Shown in pieces: positions 36,888-47,871 of a DNA stretch of 64,000 nucleotides. The notes under the pieces are model-generated. The model was not told the DNA's origin and searched no databases. It saw only the letters and a program-made list of their open reading frames with translations. Every line of letters starts with the position of its first letter. Within the stretch, counting starts at the first letter, position 1. The DNA comes from Vitrella brassicaformis CCMP3155. Its lineage: Eukaryota; Protista; Chromerida. The DNA is taken from the NCBI GenBank assembly GCA_001179505.1, contig CDMY01000289.1, positions 62,001 through 126,000 of the forward strand, read 5' to 3'. The position numbers were made by a program, and so were the translations under genes.

Positions 36888-37181
36888 CTATCTCTCGGCG
36901 CAGCTGCAGCGTCTTCGCTCGTCGATCTCCTCCCGCACGCGCATGCCCATCTCGGCGCCCATACACCGCACAAACAGCTCACGCGTGCCGTCGTACGGCG
37001 CACCCTCGTCGCAGAAGACGCCCACCGACACCGACACGCTGTTGGCCGCCTCCTCGCGCAGCACGTGGAAATACGCGAGGAAGGGGGACGTCGTCTTGTC
37101 GGTGAGCAGGAACAGCCGGTAGCTGAGGTTGGGCGACCTGAGCCTCACGCGACAGACGGTGGGGCTGCTGGCGCCGTCTGC
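36888..37181 (-). pseudogene. Duplicated 3' fragment of the 39440-40762 gene
   Basis: DGASSPTVCRVRLRSPNLSYRLFLLTDKTTSPFLAYFHVLREE is nearly identical to copy B. The 5' two-thirds of the gene is absent, and the copy-B stop TGA reads CGA here. Confidence 0.7.
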
Positions 37182-37290
37182 ATACACATACGCCAGCAGC
37201 CCTTCTGTCGTGGCTGTCTGCCTCTCTCCCCTCCTGTCTGCATGCCTGCCTGCCGATGCAATCACTACTTGCTGCGCAGCAGGGGATCCG

Positions 37291-37925
37291 TCACTCAGGC
37301 TGGTTGCTGCACGCCTGATGGCAATCTTTGCGGAGTGGGTGGCAGCAGGCGGCTCCCCAGTGCTTCAAGCCTCCTGATGCACACACACACACACGAGTGG
37401 TGTTCATTCAGCAGGTCTCAAGTCCGTCGCTCACCTGAGGCGGGCCGCCCCACCCCACTCGCGCAGCAGGTTTTCTCTAAACTCCCGCGCTATCCGCAAG
37501 GACATCATGCCACACCTCTCGATGAACGCCCTCCGATACTCGTCCTTGATCGTCTGCGCACACGGACGCACGCACACAGGGCCACGTGTGTCTTGTCTTT
37601 GTGTAGGCGCATGAGCTCATGCGTGTGCGTACGCACCCCGTCTTCGTTGAGTACGGTGTCGAGAAGATATGTGCTTCATCCAGATCCGGGGTCAAGGGTG
37701 CACGGCAGCTCCTCGTCAATCGACCAAATGGCCTTCTCCACCCTTGCCATTGCAGCCCAGTCCTCCTTGCTCGTGGGATATCTTCCCTCAGGTGCTCTCT
37801 TGCTCCACTCGCAGCCCATAGCGGCTCTGGCACTCAGCCATTCGTTGCCGACACTTGAAGGTCCGTCATCGTCAGATGAGTCGATATCTCCAGCCGGTCA
37901 AAGCGGCTGTAGTCGATGGGTAGGC
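37291..37925 (-). pseudogene. Decayed gene beginning with an IDYSxFDxLE/SDDD-type motif
   Basis: PIDYSRFDRLEI, then a frameshift into DSSDDDGPSS...KEDWAAMARVEKAIWSIDEELP, an in-frame TGA at 37676-37678, and two further GT-AG exons. Confidence 0.45.
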
Positions 37926-38050
37926 CTCCCTGAGGGATGGTGCGAAGCTTAGAGCCAGATCTGCCTCTGCGAGCTTGAAATCTCTGCGATCCTGGCATCG
38001 GCCAGGACAACAAGACGTCGTGTTCTCGACCTGCGTGTCCATCGTCAACA

Positions 38051-39706
38051 TCGTCGGTGTGTGCGTCCATCGCTCGTCCTCACAATGAGCTCAGCGTCGG
38101 CCGCGCAGCAGCAACAGCAGCAGCAGCAGCAGCAGCAGGAGGTGCCACGCCAGAAGGGCGTAGTGTCGGCCAAGGACTATGAGGCTCGTCTGGAGGTACG
38201 TGCCCACACCTACACCATGGAAATGGCACAGATCCATTCATTCATTCATCCATCCATCTGTTGTGCTGCATGGGTCTGCATGGGCCTGCAGGAGGTGCTC
38301 AAGGAGGTCAAGAAGGCCAGCCGCCCGAACGAGCCGGAGTTCATTGATCTCTGGGGCATCTACGACCCCCATATGATGGAGGACATCATCGCTGACGACC
38401 CTGAGCAGCACGAAAAGAACAAGAAGGTATATACCCAGATCTGCACTTCCTCTCTGTCCAGGAAAGGATGGATGGTTTATGGGTGCAGGAGGTGGTCTAT
38501 CCGTATCCGAGCATCGTCATCACCAAAGTACCCGAGTTCTACCGCCAGCAGCCCAACCAAGGTGCGCGTCCGCACCGGAATGCACGTGTGGCCCGCCCCT
38601 TCTGTGTGTGCGTACCAGGCTGGCGTGACTTCGAGAAGTGTAAGCTGGGCCACATCGGCAATGAAGACGAAAAGAACGTCCTACTCACACTCGCCATCAA
38701 AGCTAAAGAGCCGGTCGGTTGATAGCGACGGACACCACAACACAAAGGCCGCACAACACCTCTGATGCTCTCAGGCGAAGGGCGTCACCTGGGCTGAGTT
38801 TCTAGAGGAAATGAGCGCCTACGAGGGGGGCGCCATGTGCAGCTGGAACGGCAGGGAGTGCGAGTAAGCGACGGACGTTTGTATGTGATGTTTGTATGTG
38901 TCTCATGATGACACGTAGGTTGCTGGCAGGGGGCCATCGCGACTCGTCCGGCCGATACAGACTCAGCTACAGGCGCTGACCACTCAAGAGGCCAGCAGCA
39001 GCTGGTGTGTGTACAGGCGAAGACAAGGCTACACACAGATCAAGACAAGGCCACCGTAGTCGCTAGCGCAGCAGAAGCGCGTTCGGTTTGTTGATGGAAC
39101 GATGCACGCATTCATTGCACGCACGTGTGCGCCGAGGTGCCTGGGGACCGGTAGAGGACGCTTGCACGTATGTGTCTGTGTCTGCTTGCATCGTGCGATG
39201 CTGCATAGGACGGCCTGACAATTCGTGCCTTCGGAGTGAAAGAATGGATTGAATCGATCACGCACAATGGCAGACTGACAAATGAATCCACTCGCAATGT
39301 ATCACGACAGCAGCATCGCATCTTTCCGTCCAACAAACGACTCAACATACACTACCTACAGAGCTACAGAAGCCGGCTACTTTACACACCTGACGATAAA
39401 CGTCTTCACGGCCTATCTCTCGGCGCAGCTGCAGCGTCTTCACTCGTCGATCTCCTCCCACACGCGCATGCCCATCTCGGCGCCCACACACCGCACAAAC
39501 AGCTCATGCGTGCCGTCGTGAGGCGCACCCTCGTCGCAGAAGACTCCCAGCGACACCGACACGCTGTCGGCCGCCTCCTCACGCAGCACGTGGAAATACG
39601 CGAGGAAGGGGGACGTCGTCTTGTCGGTGAGCAGGAACAGCCGGTAGCTGAGGTTGGGCGACCTGAGCCTCACGCGACAGACGGTGGGGCTGCTGGCGCC
39701 GTCTGC
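38051..39706. repeat. Tandem segmental duplication, copy B
   Basis: See copy A (35585-37181). Confidence 0.92.
38085..38722 (+). CDS. Small 4-exon hypothetical protein, paralog B
   Basis: Same exon structure as paralog A, with a longer polyQ and a divergent exon 3 (EVVYPYPSIVITKVPEFYRQQPNQG). Ends [13 protein letters not shown]. Confidence 0.7.
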
Positions 39707-40762
39707 GAGCAGAGAGAGGCACCGCTGCCTGAGGGACGACCCCGCGCGCGTCGACCGGCACGTCTTGACGGCGTGGTGCATGCTGTCCTTGACGGAGAGG
39801 AGCATCTCGGTGACCAGGGAGGTGAGGGACGGCAGGTCAGCGTGTTCGGGCACACTGACAGGGGGATTGTCGGCGTCATAGTCGTCGGGGAACAGCGGAG
39901 AGGCTGCGTCGAGGAGGGAGTATTGCTGGTAGCGGCCGCCCTTGGTGTAGTTGAAGATGCTGGTGGATGCCGATCCATCAACCCACTGCGCGAATGTCCG
40001 CTTGTCGACCTCCAGCCGGGCAGCCAGAACACGCCACTGCCGCATCGCCTCCGGCTGCCCCACAAAGGCCTCCTTGTTGCTGCTGACGACAGCAAAGCTC
40101 CCTTCGCCCAACACGAGCGGCTTCCTCCTGTGCAGGTAGAGGATGGTCAGTGGCGCCTTCCATCGTGTCCAGTCACCACAACCCTCAAAGAAGAATATGC
40201 GGCGGACGAGCTGAATGATGACAGGCTGTGACGAGCTGAGCAGGGGCAGCTGAGGGATGGTGACGATCAGAATGGCGCCGAGGAGGGCGTCGAGGGCGGC
40301 GAGGAAGCGGGCGAGCTGCTGCTGGAAGAAGGCCACACCGAAGAGGGCGTGGAAGGCCTTGCTGGAGCGGCGGAAGCACAGCAAAGAGGCCACGCCGACG
40401 AAGGGTGCAATGTCGCTCTGCACCACTGCCGGCGGCAGGCCGGCGAAGACGTCCGAGGAGCTGCCGCCATGATGATCCGCAGACGACTCACTTGCAGCCT
40501 CTACCGACTCCTCTTCTGCACACACACACACACACACGCACACACAGAAGTAGAGCATCAGCAACGCATCCGGCTATCACATGCGTGTGCCATGTGCGAG
40601 ATCCTGACTGCATTTGGGCGGGGATCACAGTTTCCCGCCCGCGTGTGGCCGCTCGTGCACACGTCACGATGCATGCGTGCACCACCCATCCCGCCCTTGC
40701 GTACCTTCAGCATCCGTCTGCACAATTGTCTGCACGACATCGCATCTGACGCAGTTGCCCAT
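39440..40762 (-). CDS. Lineage-specific F-box-like protein with an MGNCxxC N-terminus
   Basis: Exon 1 MGNCVRCDVVQTIVQTDAE (ATG 40762), a phase-1 intron of about 40518-40703, then a long exon with FAGLPPAVVQSDIAPFVGVASLLCFRRSSKAFH (F-box-like). Confidence 0.7.
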
Positions 40763-40881
40763 CCTGGTCAGACAAAGACGATGGCTGATCTCCTTCAGAA
40801 GGGGAGAAGGCACGGCAGGGAGGGAGTCTGGAGCGAGCTTGGCGACTTTGGGGCGTCTCAAAAGGGTGTGCCCCCATGGCA

Positions 40882-43800
40882 ATGGAAGGAGGTCAGGCAT
40901 TTCCCCATCCGCTGGCAGTGGCGCCGCCCTTCACCTACCAGGCACACCCCGACGCATTCGCCGACAAAGGTACCTACGGCGAGATAGACTGACGTCCCAA
41001 CGCGGATCTTTTTGTGGTCTGTCCGCTTCGCCTCGCCAGGGTGTTCGCGCATCGAGTCGCTGAGATGGTTCTACAAGACGATCACCAAGGTGAGGTGGCC
41101 ATATAGCTCATGTCCACGCGATGGATGGAGATAGTCCGGCGTGTCTTGTGTCTGCGTGTGGCCATGGCAGGGGCGGCCGGGCCAGCGTCCAGCTGTGTGG
41201 ATACCCGACACAGTCTTCTACGACGGAAGGAAACAACCGACGCTGTGGGTCTTCACAAACAAAGTACGCCAGACACACGCTCATGAGATTCCATTCTACC
41301 AGGGCTGATCTGGTGTGGTGTCCTTGTGTACACAGCGCGGCCTCCCCTCGCGCCACCGGTCCCGTCGGCTGACGCACCGGAACATATTGAGGCATTTCTG
41401 CTCATTCCGGTTCCTCTCGACGATTATCCCCATTCACAAGGACGCATGGGTGGCCCTCGCCCACTACAAGCACCGGGGGCAGCTGGCCTGCCGCCTCCTC
41501 ACCCTGGCGGAGCTGACATTCATGCTGCCCAATGGCGTGCCCACGGAAGCCTTCAACATCCTGAGTCTGCAGCAGCTGCCCCCGGCTGCTTCATTGGCGC
41601 TGCAGCAGATCGGCAGGGAGCGGAGCTCGATTGCAGCGGCGCTTGACTACACCGTGTTTGGCTCGCCCGCTGTTGAGGGCGGCGTGCAGGAGACAAAGGA
41701 CCCCTTGTATGTGGAGATTGGTGGCCGGGTCGTGCTGATCAAGCCACATGCGACATTTATGCGTCTCCCGTCCGTCTATCGTGTCATTGTCGGTGGACAC
41801 CCCTCTCCCCCCAACACGACAGAAGTGGAGTCCGTCATCGTGGCCAAGGTGCTCAGATGGACAAGAAGAGTACCATCCGAGCCTACGGTCTCGCCTCCGG
41901 TTGCTGCGCAAGAAGACTATCAGGGGGAATACGTGACGACCACTCAGCCGACGGACACCAAGCCCGACATCGACCCTTATGGCGGGCTGTATCTGCCGCC
42001 ATTTGGACTCAGTTCCCTTGCAAGGCGGGAGAATGCAGCCACAGCACTGCTCAGAAAGAGGACGGCAGATGGGCTGTGCTCGCGGCCCATCTCTGCTACT
42101 GGAGGGGGAGGGGGAGGGGGAAGGGATGCTTCTGGGTCGGCATTCGCCTGTCTGATGGACGATGCACAAGCAAAGAGCCCGTCGGCGGCGAAGGGAGGGA
42201 AGGGGAAGGGGAAGGACGAGGAGCCGTGCAGCTGGTTTGTGTCCTGCCGTGAGCCGCTCGTGAAGGGCCACCTGGAGACCATCACTAAGGTGAGAACGAT
42301 CGTCGACACAGACAGAGACACAGGGATGAGTGAGTCACGTATCTATGCTTTGACCGAATGGATGCAGCGGTTGGTGTGTCACTTGTCTCGTATCGGCGGT
42401 GTGCGAGTCGACGGAATGCACCTCGACTTCATCAAGACCGGTCGGTCAGCCAGACAGCGATCTGTTTCCCCTCTTCTGATCAGGAGCCCTCTCTCTCTCT
42501 GATCGTTTTGTGTGTGCAGATGATTCTGAGGTCTTTCTTCTCGTGAACGTGTCAGGTGATAAGGACAGAGCAAGTGTCTCATCCTCCCTCCATCCCTCCC
42601 TCCCCCCTGTGTGCAGGGTTCGACATCACGAGCAAAGGCGGGCAGCTTGGCTCGGACAGAGACAGCGAATCGTACGCAAGTTCGGTGTCGGATGACGACG
42701 GCGAGAAGGCAACGGGTAGGAGAGGCCGCAGGGCGCAAGGTGGGCGTCGACGAGACAGAAAGGGCGAGGCCGCTGAGGGCAAGACATGGCTGGTGGCTGA
42801 CGGACGGGTATGTAGGCGCACAGGAGGCATACATATGAGGATTGGCATACGTGTGTTGTGGGGGGGTGGGTGGCTGCAGGTGTGCCTGTGTGAGGGCGAC
42901 TTTTGCTCCATGGAGGCGACACTGACCCTCGGGAGAGCCCTACTCAGAGACAACGACACCATCGTGGAGAGATGGCAGAAAGTAAGACCATCACCACCCA
43001 CACACAGACAGCCCTGGTATGTCCCTCGCTCCCCATCTGCTGTATTCAGATCGCCGTATCGGGCGATCGCGCGGAGGTGCGCATCGAGCCAGGAGGCGAC
43101 CCACACGCGCCACACCGGATCTCCCCAGGCACAGTGATCATCAGTCGAATGGAGAGGGGCGTGCCGCTCGAGATCGGGCGGACCAAGCGCATGCTCACGC
43201 AGCAGTACGTCAACGTCTGCAACCGGTGCTTCATGGCCTACGCCAAGATCGACAGGGACCGACGGAGAGGGGAAGGGGGAAGCCCTGAGGCAGGTGTCCA
43301 TCTGCCCCACAGAGGCAGGATGATGACTACCAGTGACATCCGGCACCTGCTCGACGAGCAGCTGTTCCAGCAGCGGAGGAGCCGCACATCTGTCGACAGC
43401 CATCTAGCCGCTGCTGCTGCCGCTGCAGCAACGGCGGCCGGTGAGCAAGACGACCACCCATCGAGTGCGAGGTCAGACACATAGACCGCGACACACAACT
43501 GCACACACGCGATACACATGCCCCGTCTCACGTGTGTACACAGTTCAGATCGAGATCGTCCACTGGCCTTCGTCCAGCCCCAAGCGCCCCCTGCCCGCCG
43601 CCGGCAGACCACGTTCGAGCAAGCCCCCATCGGCACACTCCGAGCAGCCGTGTGGGTCGATCGCACACCGCCACAAGACACCCACACCCACACAGACAGA
43701 GACAGAGACAGCACGGACACCAACGACGCGGTGGACGAAGACGATGGCAGCAGCAGCAGCCAGTTGGAGAGGATGTATGAGCAGCTGCTGGCGTGGGAGA

Positions 43801-45507
43801 GAGAGTGCGAGCGGGAGACCGATGCCAAGTATGAGAGGGACACGCAGCACGAGTCGTCGTCGATAGACGAGACCGCTGCGGAGGCGGCTGCCCGTCGTGT
43901 TCTGTCCAGAGACAGCACCGAGACAACAGTAAGGAAGGACGTACATACGGTTGGTCTATCACACCACACCACGCCGACATAAATCTGTCGGTGTCGGTGT
44001 CTGTGTCTGCAGCTGACTCCTCCCGTCCACCGCGCAAGCGCCCCAGCTGTTGTTGAGCCGCCCTGTGTTTCGTCACGGCGGTTTCTGCCCTCGCTTGACG
44101 CCAAGGCCCGGCAGGTGGCCAGGAGGGCAAAAGATACCGTGGAGAGGCTACAGCGGACTGTTGCACACGACAAGTACAAACAAGGGTGTGTGTGTAGCAG
44201 TATGTGTGTCTGTGTCTGTGTGTGTGTTTGTGTGTGTGTGTGTGTGCAGCCCATCCTCCTTCCCTCCCTCCTCCCCTCTATGGCGTCGTGTGGACGGTGT
44301 CCTTCTCGACACCCTCCTCTCCCAAGCCGTCGACGCCTATCCCTCACCTGTCCCCATCATGGTGCCCTCACTCAGCATCAACACCACCACACACATTGGT
44401 GCACCATCGGATATGGTGCACCCGCCAATGCTCCGCTCGCCGTCGGTGGGCTCCCTGGACGGCCGGTGGTCCTACCACCGATACGGCCGGCGGATTGCGC
44501 GGTGCCACCCGATGCGGCTGCTGTGTGAAGTTTGGCAGATGAAATACAACCTGGTGAGCCGCTGTTGATGTAGGAATCGTCGCATAGGTCGCTCTGTGAA
44601 TGCATGGCTGAATTTAGGTGCGGGCGGTAGAAGATGAGATCAGGAGAAGCCCCCTGTATGAGCAGCAGCGGGCGGCATGCCCCGCCACTGCCACGGCCGC
44701 AGCCGCAGCCGCAGCCGTGTTTGTGCCGAGCGTGTCGATGATCAACGAGACCTCCCCTGTATACCGGACACTGTGCACAATCGCCCAGGCAATCATTGAG
44801 AGGTGAGAGAGACGTATAGAGAGAGGAGACACATGAGGTCTCGTCATTTTTCTACCAGGACGAACGAGACGCCCGAGGCAGATGGCATCGAGGGCCCCCT
44901 GACCCGGCTGCTGGAGTGCGTCAACCAGGAAGCTTTCCAACCATCCGCCCCTCCCTCTCTGTCACGCCCTCTGACGGCGCACAGAGACAGCACATTGGAA
45001 GGGTCTCAAACACACGGACACAGCAAAGAGGAGGGCGTTGACATCCGGCTGCGGAGAAAACTCTTCTCCACCGACCCCAAGAGCACAAAGCCCCGACAAC
45101 GCCCCATAAGCGCCCCCCCTCCCCCAGGAGCATCCCACAAGCACCCCACACGCACCGGCCCCATCTCGAGTGCCTTCGATAGGCTATTTCCCCCTCTCTA
45201 CAGCGAGAGGGTAGTTGCCATGGTTGACAGCATACTGCGGGGGATGCCGGCGTCACGTGAGCTTGCGGGTCAGCTGCGGGCTGTGAGGGAGAGGGAGGGT
45301 GTGCTCAGCCGCATCAAGGGCGATGTGTGGACGGTGCCGGGGCGGCAGAGTGGGGGCGGACTGACACTGGAAGCCAGGAGGTGCGTTCGCTGTGAGTCAG
45401 AAGGATTAATCGCTGTGTCTCCCCTGTCATGTCTATGCTCTCGTTGCTGTGTCGTGTTGTGGTTCCGCAGGTTCATTGGCCGCCACCATGCAGTGGTGGT
45501 CGGCTGA
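40882..45507 (+). CDS. Large multi-exon hypothetical protein; could be two genes
   Basis: Long non-repetitive coding exons (about 41336-42290, 43050-43480, 44860-45380) bounded by GT-AG. No domain was recognised and the ends are uncertain. Confidence 0.5.
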
Positions 45508-47871
45508 GTCCCCCACGAAAGAGTCGACGAAAAAGTCCCTGAATTGCTCGCTCGGCTACCGCCTCCCCAGGCTGTCTGTCTGTCTGATCTCGTTCTCTTT
45601 TTGTTCCGTCTCAGCCGCAGACAAAGCCTATCCGCCTACTCACCTAGATGCCTATCCACGCAATGCAATGCAATCCATGCCCACATGCACGCAACAAAAG
45701 AAAGAGTCGTGATGGTGGTGGTGGTGTGTGTGCAGGGCAGCACAGCCAGCGATTAAAAGTGCGAATGTGAGTGGACGGGTGGGTGGATGTGGGTGTGAGG
45801 TGGGCGTGGGATGGACAATGGAATGGATGGTGGATCGGGGAGGGCATGTGACACCCCAAGACAGTAGTGAGTTTGTCAGTGAGTGCATAGAACACGCGAC
45901 ACGACAGGCGACATACAACAGCAACACGACTCCATTCCCTCAATTTACAGCAAAACTACGTTTCCCGACCACACGCACGGCATCCATCCATCCATCCATC
46001 CCTTCATCCATCTGTCCACCCCACTAGGTAGGTAGTCAGTCCATCATGCCATGCGACAGACGCGACGAGAGCAGAGAGCTGAAGTGCAGACCGAGATACG
46101 ATACGACACACGAAAGACACACCAGACCAGACGTGACCCGACCATATCAGGGAGTGAGTGCCATTGGACAGATAATATACACCCCGACATCGACCCACAT
46201 CGACCCACACCGGCCACTAGGACACGCTATCCCCCTCCCCAGTTCCCCCTCTCCCGTCGACCCGTTCATTGTCCAAACCCATACAAACACACACTGGGGA
46301 AGGGGAGGAGGGAGCAGGCAACGGACGTCATTAGGTCCGGTGCGTATGTATGTATGTGTGTAGGTATGGTATGAAGGTGACGCATAGATGCATTGCATTT
46401 TGCGTATGGCGCGGTATCGACAGTGAGTGAATGAACCCCTTCACCCCCACCACCCACCACCCATCACCCACCCATCCACTCATTCTTCCCCATCTACGTA
46501 AGAGTGCTCTGCGCGCCCACACACATGCAGCCAGGCAGGCGAGGCACAGACAGTATGCAGTTGTATGTCAGGAGGCCATTCTTGCCTCCCTCCCTCGCTC
46601 TCTCTAGCTAGAGCTGACTGCCAGACACTCGACGCTCCACTCATGGAACAGCATGGACGCAGGCACACCACAGAGAGAGGAAGACGGGGAGCACTCATGC
46701 AAGTGTGTGTGGACGGCTGACACACAACAGGGTATCCATGCTTCATAAACACACACAGGCATCGACAAAACCTCCTCCTCCCACCCAGTCAGTCGGTGAA
46801 ACAGTCAGTCCTCAGCTAATGCACCGGCGATCGAATCGACCCGACCCCCTTGAACAAATCCATCCATCCACCATCCCAGAAAGAGCACCATCACGCTCAC
46901 AAGGATACATATCATCAATGTCATGCAGACAGTGTCTTCCTTCGTCCGTCAAAATTTTGTTGTGTCCATCCATCCATCCAGTCAGTCCAGCGCATGTTGA
47001 GGAGGCCTTGGTCACCTTACCGATGGCGCGGTGTGGGGACTCTGAGAGAAGGTCTCAGAGACACCATTCATCGCCAACGAGCTTGTCATCAAGGCCTCCA
47101 ACGACACGCACGGGTCCATCCACACTTCCTTGAGCGTACACTGTGAGTGAAGGCACTTTTCTGCATGTGTCAAGACAGTGCATGACTCCTCCCCCGCCCC
47201 TTGGCAGACCATGCGGCGTCCATCTCTAATCTCACACCTCAGATTCGCTGAGGAGGGGAACTGGATATGGGCGGCGCTTCCAAGAGTAGTCACGAAGGCA
47301 AGCAGCTCGTCTTTCACTGGTCGGGAAGGCGGCCAGCGGTCAAAAAGGCCTAGCTGGACCACCATTCCCCACTGACACTCACTGACGCACACACACACAC
47401 ACACACACATCACTCGCACACCTGTTCTCTCAGCCAGACAGCCAGCCAGACAGCCAGCAAGAAGACACAAAACAGCGACTCGATTCCCGTTGGCCACCCA
47501 ACTTGTGCTCTCTCTCCCCTTCACTGTTGTCCTCTCCTTCGGCCTCTCTTGTGCCGGCCCCAATAAGGCACAGAGACCAGGTATGTATGTCTGTCTTCGC
47601 CCCCAGGAATGTCAAAACGGCAAGTAGCGCTAGATAACACATACATACACACATCACGACACACACGCAGGCACCCAGCACACCGGACACAGGCATACAG
47701 ACACAACACGAGACGAGACGAGCCGACACGGCACACATCATGACACCGACAAGCAGACAGACAGCCCTACACACCACACATACATACATAGAGACGCATT
47801 CGCACGCACTCTCACCCACACTTTCACGCAAATACGCAGATGTGTACCCCAACCGCCATTCCTTCCTTCGT

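Larger units (their letters stand above)
35585..37181. repeat. Tandem segmental duplication, copy A (partner 38051-39706)
   Basis: Colinear with 38051-39706, from CGTCGGTGTGTGCGTCCATCGC to GGGGCTGCTGGCGCCGTCTGC. Confidence 0.92.

Noticed and set aside
37676-37678. In-frame TGA as selenocysteine
   Set aside because: The same ORF also has a frameshift, the context (GSG*STY) is not redox-like, and TGG>TGA decay is the simpler explanation.
47012-47563. 183-aa minus-strand ORF downstream of panE
   Set aside because: Partly microsatellite-derived with no recognisable domain or convincing start. It may be UTR or an unresolved exon.
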